From: Parcubacteria group bacterium
GTDB taxonomy: Bacteria; Patescibacteriota; Patescibacteriia; UBA1558; GWA2-36-10
NCBI GenBank assembly: GCA_003104935.1
Contig: PQAE01000010.1
Location: 77,768-141,767 of the forward strand
Length of the DNA: 64,000 nucleotides
Reading direction: 5' to 3'
Shown here piece by piece: positions 9,386 to 21,504 of this stretch. Positions within the stretch are counted from its first letter, which is position 1; each line of letters begins with the position of its first letter. The notes under the pieces are model-generated. The model was not told the DNA's origin and did no database searches. It worked only from the letters and a program-made list of their open reading frames with translations. The translations under genes were made by a program, and so were the position numbers.

Positions 9386-10069
9386 TTAAAACGCAATTTT
9401 GATACCGGGTCCCATGGAGGAAGTTATAGTCATGGTCTTGATAAAAGTGCCCTTCACTCCCGAGGGTTTGGATTTTTTCAAGGCATCAAAGATAGCCTGA
9501 AAATTTTCCAGCAAAACTTTGTCCTCAAAAGAAACTTTACCGATGGTCAGATGGATATTGGCATTGGCGTCATTTTTGAAAGAAATCTTTCCTTTCTTAA
9601 GCTCACTGACCATCTTTTTGACATCCGGTCCGATCGTGCCGGTCTTGGGATTAGGCATCAGGCCTTTTTGACCCAAAATGCGGGCCACTCCGGCCATGCT
9701 CTTCATCATATCGGGTACAGTCACGGCAATATCAAAATCACATTTACCGGTTTTTTTGATTTCCTCTATTAATTCGTCACCACCGACCAGATCCGCTCCG
9801 GCTTCTTTGGCTACCTTGGCCAGAGCCTCGGGCACAAAAGCGGCCACGCGTACAATCTGGCCACTGCCATGGGGTAGGGCTACAGATCCGCGCACCAGCT
9901 GATCGCCTTTTTTGGTATCAATGCCCAGATTGGCATGCACTTCTACTGAAGCGTCAAACTTAACTGTAGAAGTCTCTTTGACCAGCTTGATGGCTTCGTC
10001 AATCTTATAGAGCTTACCCGGCTCCAGTTTGGCTTTGGCGTTTTTCATTCGCTTACTTGTTTTTGCCAT
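9386..10069 (-). CDS. rplA: 50S ribosomal protein uL1
   Basis: KFDASVE, VRGSVALPHGSG, LGQKGLMPNPKTGT, SSMGPGI. Confidence 0.98.
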   Translation of the reverse strand: MAKTSKRMKNAKAKLEPGKLYKIDEAIKLVKETSTVKFDASVEVHANLGIDTKKGDQLVRGSVALPHGSGQIVRVAAFVPEALAKVAKEAGADLVGGDELIEEIKKTGKCDFDIAVTVPDMMKSMAGVARILGQKGLMPNPKTGTIGPDVKKMVSELKKGKISFKNDANANIHLTIGKVSFEDKVLLENFQAIFDALKKSKPSGVKGTFIKTMTITSSMGPGIKIAF

Positions 10070-10083
10070 ATATTTATAATTAT

Positions 10084-10120
10084 GAGGTGTTGATGCTTAA
10101 TAGACAAATTAAGCTCCCTC
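10084..10120 (-). promoter_or_regulatory. Putative L1-binding mRNA site upstream of rplA
   Basis: GAGGGAGCTTAAT-TTGTCT-ATTAAGCATCAACACCTC: two helices around a GGAG-containing asymmetric loop. Confidence 0.7.
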
Positions 10121-10127
10121 GCACATT

Positions 10128-10188
10128 AGTTAAAAGTTTAGAGTTGCAAGTATAAAGTAAAAAATTTTTAAACTTTTAACTTTTTACT
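10128..10188. repeat. AGTnnnn heptamer array followed by inverted heptamers
   Basis: AGTTAAA AGTTTAG AGTTGCA AGTATAA AGTAAAA ... TTTAACT TTTTACT. Confidence 0.65.
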
Positions 10189-10615
10189 TCTGACTTTCCA
10201 CTGTTACTCCCATCTGACGGGCGGTACCGGCAATAATTTTTTTGGCGGCCTCCAAATCATTGGCATTAAGATCAGCCATCTTGGCCTTGGCGATTTCAGT
10301 CAGCTGAGCATCGCTTAGTTTACCGACTTTTTCCTGAAGAGGTTTGCCCGATCCCTTGGGTAAATTGAGTATCTTTTTTATCATCTCCGAGGTCGGAGCG
10401 GACTTTAGAATAAAGCTAAAAGTACGATCCTCGTACAATGTCAAAAGTACCGGCACTACTTCGCCTTTACGGTCCTTGGAAGCTTCGTTAAACTTGGCGC
10501 AAAAATCCTGGATGTTGACACCGTGGGGTCCGAGCGCCGTACCGACCGGAGGCGAGGGATTGGCCGCTCCGCCCACGATCTGTAGTTTGATAAGCTGTTT
10601 AATTTTCTTGGCCAT
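10184..10615 (-). CDS. rplK: 50S ribosomal protein uL11
   Basis: [37 protein letters not shown]. Confidence 0.98.
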   Translation of the reverse strand: MAKKIKQLIKLQIVGGAANPSPPVGTALGPHGVNIQDFCAKFNEASKDRKGEVVPVLLTLYEDRTFSFILKSAPTSEMIKKILNLPKGSGKPLQEKVGKLSDAQLTEIAKAKMADLNANDLEAAKKIIAGTARQMGVTVESQK

Positions 10616-10629
10616 ATATTTATCTTTCT

Positions 10630-10666
10630 GAGGTGCAGACGCTTAATAGACAAATTAAGCTCCCTC
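10630..10666 (-). promoter_or_regulatory. Putative L1-binding mRNA site upstream of rplK
   Basis: GAGGGAGCTTAAT-TTGTCT-ATTAAGCGTCTGCACCTC; 26 nt identical to the rplA site. Confidence 0.7.
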
Positions 10667-10674
10667 TAAATAAT

Positions 10675-11220
10675 TTATATTTTTTTAATTTGTAAAAAAT
10701 CCAACTCCACCGGCGTTTCCCGGCCAAACATGGAGACCAGCACTTTGGCTTTGCCGCGGGCCTCGTCAATCTCGGAAATCTTGCCTTCATAATCCTTAAA
10801 CGGTCCGTCCACGATCTTAACCACATCGCCTTCACCGATATCAATCTTAAACTCCGGCTCTTCCTGACCCATACGCACCGACAGGGCCTTGATCTCATCT
10901 TCCGACACCGGAGTCGGAGTTGTACCGCTACCCACGAAACCGGTGACGTTGGGCGTATTGCGCACCACGTACCAGGAGGCGTCAGTCACGATCATATTGA
11001 CCAAAACATAACCCGGAAATATTTTCTCTTTGACGGTTTTGCGTTTGCCGTTTTTGATCTTGATCTTGGTTTCGGTCGGAATCAAAACATCAAAAATCTT
11101 GTCCTCCATATCCATGGACTCAATTCTCTGTTTGAGGTTGCGCGCCACGTTTTCTTCATAACCGGAATAAGTGTGGAGAACATACCAGCGTCGACCTTGT
11201 TGGGCACTTTGTTTGGCCAT
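10675..11220 (-). CDS. nusG: Transcription factor NusG
   Basis: WYVLHTYSGYE, FPGYVLV, VRNTPNVTGFVG, MFGRETPVELDF. Confidence 0.98.
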   Translation of the reverse strand: MAKQSAQQGRRWYVLHTYSGYEENVARNLKQRIESMDMEDKIFDVLIPTETKIKIKNGKRKTVKEKIFPGYVLVNMIVTDASWYVVRNTPNVTGFVGSGTTPTPVSEDEIKALSVRMGQEEPEFKIDIGEGDVVKIVDGPFKDYEGKISEIDEARGKAKVLVSMFGRETPVELDFLQIKKI

Positions 11221-11248
11221 ATATTTGCTTTAATAAATTACTTTTATT

Positions 11249-11431
11249 TTAAGCGATGACTAGCTGTAAAATCCAAGCTAAGACAAAATCAATCGCCCCC
11301 AAGACAATCGCTACGGCTAGGGAAATACCGATCACGATCAGGGTATGATTAACGATGACCTCCCGGCTGGGCCAGACTACTTTGGCCAGTTCTTCGCGGG
11401 CTCCTTTGAGATAATTGCTTAATTTATTCAT
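11249..11431 (-). CDS. secE: Preprotein translocase SecE
   Basis: ELAKVVWPSR plus TM helix, upstream of nusG. Confidence 0.95.
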   Translation of the reverse strand: MNKLSNYLKGAREELAKVVWPSREVIVNHTLIVIGISLAVAIVLGAIDFVLAWILQLVIA

Positions 11432-11578
11432 AAAATAAGGCTAAAATTGGGTCTTTTAAAACAGCTCGGAGAAGCTGTTTAATAATGACCCTACTATATC
11501 ATAATAGAAATATTTTGGCAAGCCCGTAGAAGCCTCCGGCTCTACGGGCCACGGCCTGCTACTGAATAAATAATATCA

Positions 11579-12352
11579 TCAGATGGAACGCACTCTCAAT
11601 AAAGACAACACAAATAATCCCCCCGCAACAATGATGATAGCAGGCCCGAGTTGTAATGCAAAGTAAGTCGATAAGATCATACCGCCGACCATGGCCAGTA
11701 CCGCCGATAACGCCGAGATGATTAACAATGAATTTAAATTATGCGCCAGATTGCGGGCGATGGCCGCCGGAATAATAATCAGTGATCCCATCAGCAACAC
11801 CCCTAAAAATTTTAGCCCCAGCACCACGGTCAGAGCAAACAACAATAGAAACTGCCATTCCAGTTTTTCCGTGGACAGATGCGCGGTTTTGGCCAGATCT
11901 TTGGAAATTAAACTCAAGACTAAGGCATGACGCCGGTAAATCACAAAAATAATGATAATTAAAGCCACAATTACGCCGATAATAAATTCATAAACGGAAA
12001 ATTTACTGATGCCGCCAAAGAGCGTATCTACCAACTCATGATCCTGGCCGATGGTTAGTGCTCCCAGAGCTAGAGAAACTGTAAATAGAACACCGGTTAC
12101 GGCCTCGGTGTTTAGCCCACTCAGTTTTTCTACCCGCCAAATAATAAAAGCACCGATAATCAGAGCCACGGCACCGCCGATAATAGGATTGACGTGAAAC
12201 AACAGAGCCAAAGCAATACCGGGCAAAGCAATGTGGGAAAAGGCATCACCGGCCAAAGCCATGCGCCGCATCAGCGCAAAAGAACCTAATAGACCGGAAG
12301 CCACCGCCGTCAGTACGGCCAAAATAATGCTGAGTTTATCAAAATTATCCAT
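11579..12352 (-). CDS. znuB: Zn/Mn ABC transporter permease
   Basis: MALAGDAFSHIALPG, GVLLMGSLIIIPAAIA. Confidence 0.9.
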   Translation of the reverse strand: MDNFDKLSIILAVLTAVASGLLGSFALMRRMALAGDAFSHIALPGIALALLFHVNPIIGGAVALIIGAFIIWRVEKLSGLNTEAVTGVLFTVSLALGALTIGQDHELVDTLFGGISKFSVYEFIIGVIVALIIIIFVIYRRHALVLSLISKDLAKTAHLSTEKLEWQFLLLFALTVVLGLKFLGVLLMGSLIIIPAAIARNLAHNLNSLLIISALSAVLAMVGGMILSTYFALQLGPAIIIVAGGLFVLSLLRVRSI

Positions 12353-13055
12353 GGGTATGGTCATAATGCTTATAACGCTTGGTGCCGAAGACCTTGGCTA
12401 AAGTAGATGGATTGGCAATCTCGTGCGGATGGCCGTAGCACAGCCCTCGCCTGTTCAGACAAAGCACATTATCCGCATAACGATTAACTAAACTAAGGTC
12501 GTGAGAGATAGTAATAATAGTCACGCCTTTTTCCGCCTGCAGACGGTGCATAGTTTCATAGATTTCTTCTTCGCTAGGCTCGTCAATGCCGGCCGTGGGT
12601 TCGTCAAACAACAGAACATTGCTGTCCCCAATCAAAGCCAAAGTCATCATAGCACGCTGAAATTCCCCTCCGGATAAAAAACCAAGGGGCTTGGGTAATA
12701 ATCTTTCGCTCAGATGCACCAGATCCAAATATTTTTTTAGATCGGTTGGCTTGAGGTGATAATTTTTGGACTGCAAAAAATCATTCAGAGACAGTGGCAG
12801 GTTCCGATCAATATCCAATTTTTGCGGTACATAACCGATGACTGTGTCCGACGCCCAAGTAATAGTGCCGGTATAGGGTATGACGCCGATCAGGGCCTTA
12901 AATAAAGTAGTCTTGCCAGAGCCATTGGGCCCAATGATAGTCAGGTGCTCTCCTCTGTCCACGCAAAAACTCAAGTCTTCAATTATTAATTCCTGACTCA
13001 AACGCACGGAAAGTTTTTCTACCTGTAGTATGTTCTTGTTTTTGTTTGCGGCCAT
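12345..13055 (-). CDS. znuC: Zn/Mn ABC transporter ATPase
   Basis: GPNGSGKTT, LSGGEFQR, FDEPT, His-rich tail HYDHTHG. Confidence 0.9.
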   Translation of the reverse strand: MAANKNKNILQVEKLSVRLSQELIIEDLSFCVDRGEHLTIIGPNGSGKTTLFKALIGVIPYTGTITWASDTVIGYVPQKLDIDRNLPLSLNDFLQSKNYHLKPTDLKKYLDLVHLSERLLPKPLGFLSGGEFQRAMMTLALIGDSNVLLFDEPTAGIDEPSEEEIYETMHRLQAEKGVTIITISHDLSLVNRYADNVLCLNRRGLCYGHPHEIANPSTLAKVFGTKRYKHYDHTHG

Positions 13056-13146
13056 ATTTTGAGGATTGTTTCGTCTATATTATAACCGAGAGTGCCATTA
13101 TTGTCTAATAAAAAACCGCCTAACATCAGACGGTCTTTTAAAAAAA

Positions 13147-15201
13147 TTATTTTATAAATTTTACACTTTTATAAAATGTCTCAAACTTATCGTCTTTAAT
13201 AGCACCGTTACTAATCTGATATATCTTCCCGTCTTTTTCAAAAACTACAATTACCCAAAACCAATTACTGTCCTTTTTATTGGTGATGGTTATTTTGACT
13301 GCCTTGACGCCATCTATATACACGTCCTCTTTTTGTATTAGCTTATCAGCCGATGGACTACTGAGCGATTGGACTATTGCAGCCATGGTCTTAGTTTTAG
13401 CATCAGTTGTGGTAATACCCCAATTAAAATCATTTTTAAATTCTGGGGATGTCAAGTTTATACCCACATAGGCATGGGGTAGTTGAGGGTTTGCCAATTT
13501 GTCATAAATAGTCCAATTTTTAGGATAAGTAAATGACAATTTATAGTTCGTGCTGGTATAAGTCTGCCAATCAGCATTTTGATCGGTAAATTTAAATGAA
13601 TCAACTATCGCTTGAGCTATATCAGTATCGTTGGCGATATTTATTTGGTAAGAGTCTTCTCCCTGTTCCAAAACATAAACCTTCTTAATATCAACGTCTT
13701 CTGAGAAACCTGAAATAAGTTTGACTTTCAAGCCCTGCGAAGTAGTATAGTCACTTATTTTTTTACCCGAATAATACTGAGCTATGAGTCTAGCCATAGA
13801 GTATCCCTTATGTACTGCAATAGCTAATTCACCGTTTGAATCCGGCGCCCCTACTGTTAAGAAAGACCCTGTTTGAAAAGACTCCGGCCCTTTGTCTGAT
13901 ATTTTATAGGAAGAACCGTCGTATACTGAAAAACCTACCCAGGATTTTGGCATCTTAATGGAATAACCAGATTCCTTAAAAGTATAGGTCTGCCAATCAG
14001 CGATGCTGTCGGTAAATTTGAACGAAGCCAAAAATTGATCCATTATTTCTAAATTTTGCCTACCTTTGTCGTCCAGATTGATCCTAGTAAAATAGGCCTG
14101 CAGATTAGCATCAATATTGCTCTGCGGCCGGCCACAGACATCGCTCTGATCATTAGTAGCAATCGGAAATCCGTCCATTCCAAAATATATTTTTAATCCC
14201 CAATAAACATTTGACCGAGGTATGTTAAGCGGCACTGAATACAATAGACTGTCGCCCGAACATTCCATGTTTATATTTTCAAAGTAGCCATAGGTGCTCT
14301 GGCCGGCGACCTTCAGTGGCGCACAATATTTCTTCTTATCAGCCTCATAATCCGCTTTCAAAAGCGAGCAACCCCGGCTCAAATCCTGGCCGCCATTATA
14401 GGAATCAATTAAAAATTGTTCAAAATCAGCAGAAGCCAATAGTATGCGCACAGATGCACTACTAAAATCAATCCAAGCCCCTTTGCCGGAAAAAACCGCA
14501 GGGCCATTGATTTGTTTGTCGGTCATAGATGAATCAACATAGCTCAGTTTTGGCGCGCCCCAAGTATTGGGGTATTTAAACGCTAATCCTAAATCTTTAT
14601 TTTCATAGGACTGCCAATCAGCGGTGTTGTCGGTAAATTTTATAGATGACAAAATTTCTTTTTTTAATCCCTCGTCATTAATTAAAGCCCTTGGCGCCAT
14701 ATAATTATCGTCTATTAGACAAGATCCTAGGTTAATTACATAGGTCTTGCCTCGATAATTTAAATAATTGGATTGGTAGGCGCATGGCCTTTCTGCCATG
14801 GTTAGTTGCAAAAAATCTTGACCGCCAATATTTATTCTGTTTTTGACCGCTTCACAACCTTTCGGGCAATATGTATCAAAGTCAATCGGCGTCTGCAAAG
14901 TATAATAAGTAATAGAACTGTTGTTTTCTTGCTGTTCAAAACGGACCGGACTAAGTTGGTTCTGTACTTTAATATATTCCCGGGGAAATTCAAAGCTTAT
15001 ACCTGCGGCCACATCGGCATAGGTCTGCCGGCTCGGCCGATTATTAACCTGCACATTTGCGCCAAGTTCACTCAAGCCTTTTTGGCCTGGTACTTTCTGC
15101 CACAAATATACTCCACTAATAAAAATAATGGCCACAAATAAGACTATGACCAAAAGCATGGCAACATTTTGCGGCCGTCCCCCCTTTAGATTACTGGGCA
15201 T
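13147..15201 (-). CDS. Membrane-anchored surface protein with four tandem PsbP-like modules
   Basis: N-terminal TM helix; modules start (W/R)Q(T/S)Y....(G/K)..F.YP..W-like and end S(I/F/V)KF; linker KFTDxxADWQ(T/S)Y occurs three times. Confidence 0.7.
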   Translation of the reverse strand: MPSNLKGGRPQNVAMLLVIVLFVAIIFISGVYLWQKVPGQKGLSELGANVQVNNRPSRQTYADVAAGISFEFPREYIKVQNQLSPVRFEQQENNSSITYYTLQTPIDFDTYCPKGCEAVKNRINIGGQDFLQLTMAERPCAYQSNYLNYRGKTYVINLGSCLIDDNYMAPRALINDEGLKKEILSSIKFTDNTADWQSYENKDLGLAFKYPNTWGAPKLSYVDSSMTDKQINGPAVFSGKGAWIDFSSASVRILLASADFEQFLIDSYNGGQDLSRGCSLLKADYEADKKKYCAPLKVAGQSTYGYFENINMECSGDSLLYSVPLNIPRSNVYWGLKIYFGMDGFPIATNDQSDVCGRPQSNIDANLQAYFTRINLDDKGRQNLEIMDQFLASFKFTDSIADWQTYTFKESGYSIKMPKSWVGFSVYDGSSYKISDKGPESFQTGSFLTVGAPDSNGELAIAVHKGYSMARLIAQYYSGKKISDYTTSQGLKVKLISGFSEDVDIKKVYVLEQGEDSYQINIANDTDIAQAIVDSFKFTDQNADWQTYTSTNYKLSFTYPKNWTIYDKLANPQLPHAYVGINLTSPEFKNDFNWGITTTDAKTKTMAAIVQSLSSPSADKLIQKEDVYIDGVKAVKITITNKKDSNWFWVIVVFEKDGKIYQISNGAIKDDKFETFYKSVKFIK

Positions 15202-15235
15202 GGATTTTTGTTTTAAGGTTTAGAAAATATATATA

Positions 15236-15811
15236 TTATTGTTGTACTTCCCAATTTACGATATTAATAGTTGTGCGCTGGCCATAAGCCTGCAAGACTA
15301 CAGTATAATCCCCGGGGTTAGCACCGGCGATGATTGACGCCACAGTCAGGGAATAGGTCGGTAGATAATAATCTACCGCTAGTTTGATGGCTCGGCGGAT
15401 ATCAGCATCCTTGGCTTCCCAACTGCGCAGACAAACCTTGATGTCATTGTCGTGACTGTAGCCGGCGCCGCTCAGACAACCATAGCCGTCCACTTGTCCG
15501 CCGATAACCGGTGAGATTGGTTTTATCGGCTGGATAGTCACCGGCGTTGAGGTGCTGGCCAATGGGGTCTTAGCCGGCACTGCGGCCGGGGTCGATGTGG
15601 GCACTACCGGAATCGGATTGATATCTCCAAAAATAGAATCTGCTGAGGGCGTTATTGCCGGCTGGGCCGCGGTGCTGGTATTTTGATCTACTTTAAGCGG
15701 GCTAGTATCCAGCTCACTTCCGGGTAAAATATTATTATTTGTATTTTTGTTTTGGCTACAGCTGGCTCCCAGCAATATTACCAGAGCCAGTAACATCAGA
15801 GTTTTTTTCAT
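15236..15811 (-). CDS. Putative lipoprotein with Pro/Thr linker and Cys-containing C-terminal domain
   Basis: Lipobox-like LLGASC; IGGQVDGYGCLSGAGYS..CLRSWE motif. Confidence 0.7.
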   Translation of the reverse strand: MKKTLMLLALVILLGASCSQNKNTNNNILPGSELDTSPLKVDQNTSTAAQPAITPSADSIFGDINPIPVVPTSTPAAVPAKTPLASTSTPVTIQPIKPISPVIGGQVDGYGCLSGAGYSHDNDIKVCLRSWEAKDADIRRAIKLAVDYYLPTYSLTVASIIAGANPGDYTVVLQAYGQRTTINIVNWEVQQ

Positions 15812-15829
15812 AGCCGTAAACTTAAATGC

Positions 15830-17902
<2,073 letters not shown>

Positions 17903-18044
17903 TTAAATTGTTAATTTATCTAAGCTAATTTTAGCATAAAAACCACAAAAAAACAACCCCGAAACCGCTTCTGATTCAGGGTCGTTTCTTATATATATTT
18001 TGGCTAATTTTAGCCCCGTTATAGGCCTTCGGTCTGGTACGAGG

Positions 18045-20477
18045 TTAGCGCAAATCTGCCTTAAATTTTTTCTGCAAATTAGAAATTATTTTTTTCATCA
18101 GATCATCAATCTCATCAGAAGCCAAAGTACGCTCCTCACTCCGAAACTCCAGGTGATATGCAATAGACCTTTTACCGTGCCCGATCGCCTCACCGATAAA
18201 AACATCAAAAGGCTCTAAGTGTTTGATCAGAGGAGATACTTTATAAATCTCAGATTCTATATCCTGCCAAGCCACACTTTGCCCGACGATAATAGACATA
18301 TCGCGTTTGATCACCGGAAATTTAGCTAAAGCGCTATAACTTTTATTTTCATTTATATACTTGAGCAGGGTTTCAAAAGATAACTGCCACCAGGCGACCA
18401 TTACTTTGTTTGGCCCGCTATCAAATAATTTACTGTCCAAGATGCCAAACTCACCCAGAGCCAAATCCTGATATTTAATCTGATATGCCAGGGCGGCATA
18501 TGGCAAATCTATTTTTTCCGATTGCCAGTCAATATTGAAATAATCACGCAAGGACTCGATTAGTCCTTTGGCTGACAAGAAAGCCTCCTCACCGGAGACG
18601 CGGCTAAGCTCCACTCCGGCCAGCATCATTGGTTGGCGAGGAAGAAATTTATTTTTTTGCTGGTCAATGTGGTAAGTACCCTTGCTGTTTTTATCAAAGA
18701 CGCGTTGTAGTTCAAAAATCTTAAAATGATCATACCAGCGCATATTTTCCTCCGCTTTTTTGAGTAAGTTTGGCAACAAAGACAAATTCATATAACTCTG
18801 CTCGGGAGAAACGGCATTTTTTACTTTGATATGATCGGCTAATTTCAGTCCCAGCTTGGGCACCCAGCCCACATCAGTAAAAGCATAAGTATAGACCTCA
18901 GTATAGGACTGAGCATAAGCCAGATAAGTGCGTAGATCCCGAGCCGTGCTAGAGGCGATATCATAACTGGGTTCATGTAAGACCACGGTCGGCAAAGTAG
19001 GCGCTATATTATCATAACCATATATCCTAGCCACCTCCTCCACGATGTCCTCGGCGATGGAAATGTCTTTGGTAGCGCGCCAGCTGGGCACTTGGATAAC
19101 AAATTTGCCGGCTCGATGATTAACACCAAATTGTAATCGCTTCAAAATATCTTTAATTTCTTTGGTCGGTATAGGTGAACCAAAACGCTGGTTGATCAAA
19201 GCTTCGGAAACCTCAATGATCTTGACGATATAAGGGCTGTGACTAACATCAATCACTTCGCTGGCCGCGATGGCTCCCGGATTTAAAGCTATAATAATTT
19301 CTACGGCTTTTTGCAGAGCAAGTTCTGCTAGCACCGGATCTAGGGCTTTTTCAAAACGAGCCGAGCTCTCCGTACGCAGTCCTAGGTCCATGGAAGTGCG
19401 GCGGATACTGCTGGCCTTGAAATTTGCCGATTCGATGATAATCTGGCTGGTATCGGAGGCGATCTCGCTGTTTTGACCGCCCATAATGCCGGCCAAGGCA
19501 ATATATTTGTTCTGATCAGAAATCATCAAAGCGCCCTCCGGTAGCTTGCGTTTTTTACCGTCCAAAGTTACGAAGCTCTCACCCTTCTTAGCCCCTTTAA
19601 CAAAAATATGCTGGCGATCAATCTGTCGGGCGTCAAAAGCATGCAGAGGCTGACCCAGCTCATACATCACATAGTTAGTCACGTCCACGATATTATTGAT
19701 CGGTCGGATACCCACAGCTTCCAAACTTTTTTTTAGCCACCAGGGAGAATCTTCGATCTTGATATTTTTTAGACCCACGGCCATATAGCGGTAACAGTTT
19801 GCTGTATCCTCTACCGTCACTTTCAAAGCCAAATCTTTGCTCTGTGGTTTTATCGGCAGTCGGCTATAGGGTTTTAAATTTATTTTATAAATCGCCGCCA
19901 GCTCCCGGGCCAGACCGTATTGGCCCCAGAGATCGGGTCGATGATTGATCGATTTATTTTCTATATCAATTATAGTGTCATCCAGCTCCAGAGCCTGACT
20001 CAGGTTTTGACCGACTTTTAAATTAAAAGCTGATAAATCCAAGATCTCATGATCTGACTGCGACGGAAATAAGTCAACCAGACCTATCTCACTGGCAGCG
20101 GCGATCATGCCGTAGCTTTCCACACCGCGAATCTTGGCCTTTGTCAAAACCACCAGCTCGCCTTCGCCGTGCCATTTTACTTTAGCCCCGACTTTGGCTA
20201 CGGCTACGAGCATTCCCTTGCTCAAATTTGTTCCGCCGCAGACAATCTGCAGGGAACTGTCGCCGACATCCACCCGACAAACCTCCAATTTGTCGGCTTG
20301 AGGATGTTTGGTGATTTCTTCTACCCGACCGACCACGATATTTTCCAGATTTTTAGCTTGCTGGATAATTTTCTCCACCTCCACCGTGGACATAGTAAAA
20401 TCCAGAGCTAATTGCTCCGCACTCAAACCGTTTGGTAGTTTTAACCACTTTTTTACCCAATTTAAGGAAAGATACAT
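18045..20477 (-). CDS. pheT: Phenylalanine--tRNA ligase beta subunit
   Basis: HPQADKL, HRPDL, NNIVDVTNYVM, EEVARIYGYD, FDX-ACB C-terminus. Confidence 0.96.
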   Translation of the reverse strand: MYLSLNWVKKWLKLPNGLSAEQLALDFTMSTVEVEKIIQQAKNLENIVVGRVEEITKHPQADKLEVCRVDVGDSSLQIVCGGTNLSKGMLVAVAKVGAKVKWHGEGELVVLTKAKIRGVESYGMIAAASEIGLVDLFPSQSDHEILDLSAFNLKVGQNLSQALELDDTIIDIENKSINHRPDLWGQYGLARELAAIYKINLKPYSRLPIKPQSKDLALKVTVEDTANCYRYMAVGLKNIKIEDSPWWLKKSLEAVGIRPINNIVDVTNYVMYELGQPLHAFDARQIDRQHIFVKGAKKGESFVTLDGKKRKLPEGALMISDQNKYIALAGIMGGQNSEIASDTSQIIIESANFKASSIRRTSMDLGLRTESSARFEKALDPVLAELALQKAVEIIIALNPGAIAASEVIDVSHSPYIVKIIEVSEALINQRFGSPIPTKEIKDILKRLQFGVNHRAGKFVIQVPSWRATKDISIAEDIVEEVARIYGYDNIAPTLPTVVLHEPSYDIASSTARDLRTYLAYAQSYTEVYTYAFTDVGWVPKLGLKLADHIKVKNAVSPEQSYMNLSLLPNLLKKAEENMRWYDHFKIFELQRVFDKNSKGTYHIDQQKNKFLPRQPMMLAGVELSRVSGEEAFLSAKGLIESLRDYFNIDWQSEKIDLPYAALAYQIKYQDLALGEFGILDSKLFDSGPNKVMVAWWQLSFETLLKYINENKSYSALAKFPVIKRDMSIIVGQSVAWQDIESEIYKVSPLIKHLEPFDVFIGEAIGHGKRSIAYHLEFRSEERTLASDEIDDLMKKIISNLQKKFKADLR

Positions 20478-20486
20478 ATGGCAAAA

Positions 20487-21494
20487 TTAAAATTGTCTTA
20501 AAAATCTCAAGTCTCCGGATTCTAATAATCTAATATCATCAATCTTATATTTCATCATCACCAGTCTGGTTAGTCCCAGGCCAAAAGCAAAACCGCTGTA
20601 GACAGACGGGTCCACATTGCCAAATTTTAGCACCTCGGGATGGACCATGCCGCAGGGCATCAGCTCCACCCAGCCGGACTGCTTGCAGACCGAACAGCCG
20701 TTGCCGCCGCAAACCAGGCACTTGATATCCAGCTCAAAACCCGGCTCCACAAAGGGGAAAAACCCCGGCCGCAGACGCACATCCACTTTAGTCCTAAACA
20801 CCGCCGAGAGTAATGATTTCATCACCGCGATCAGATTGGCCATACTGATGTCTTTGTCCACCATTAACCCCTCTAATTGGTAAAAAGTATGATCGTGCGA
20901 AGCATCGGTAGATTCATAGCGAAAGACCCGGCCGGGAAAAATGCCCCGAAAAGGCGCGCCATATTTTTCCAACATCCGTACTTGCAGATTGGAGGTGTGA
21001 GTGCGTAGCAGATTATGATTTTCCAGCCAAAAAGTATCCTGCGTCTCGCGGGCCGGATGGTCGGCCGGAATATTCAAGGCGCTAAAATTATAAAACTCGC
21101 TTTCCAGTTGCGGTCCGTCATAGATGCCGAAACCCAACTGAGCAAAGGCCTCTTCCACATCCCGTTGCACTAAAGTAATTGGATGGAGATGCCCTTCCTC
21201 GCGGCGACTGCCCGGCATAGTCGGATCAAAATCCACGCCAGCGCCGCTGGGCTTGCTCACAATCTTTTCGGTCTTATCCAACAGCGACTGGAGCTCAAAT
21301 TTTATATCATTAGCCAGTTTGCCCAGTCGCGGTTTTTCTTCAGCCGCCAGATTTTTTACTTCCTTTAAAATATTTGTCAGCTCACCTTTACGGCCCAAAT
21401 ATTTATTTTTTATTTGTGCCAATACTTCCGAATCCTGGACGGATCTTAATTCCGCCTGCAGACGGGCTTTGAGCTCATTTAATTTCTTATCCAT
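20487..21494 (-). CDS. pheS: Phenylalanine--tRNA ligase alpha subunit
   Basis: GHLHP, HPARETQDTF, LRTHTS, FPFVEP, GFAFGLG. Confidence 0.97.
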   Translation of the reverse strand: MDKKLNELKARLQAELRSVQDSEVLAQIKNKYLGRKGELTNILKEVKNLAAEEKPRLGKLANDIKFELQSLLDKTEKIVSKPSGAGVDFDPTMPGSRREEGHLHPITLVQRDVEEAFAQLGFGIYDGPQLESEFYNFSALNIPADHPARETQDTFWLENHNLLRTHTSNLQVRMLEKYGAPFRGIFPGRVFRYESTDASHDHTFYQLEGLMVDKDISMANLIAVMKSLLSAVFRTKVDVRLRPGFFPFVEPGFELDIKCLVCGGNGCSVCKQSGWVELMPCGMVHPEVLKFGNVDPSVYSGFAFGLGLTRLVMMKYKIDDIRLLESGDLRFLRQF

Positions 21495-21504
21495 AATTAA
21501 TAAA

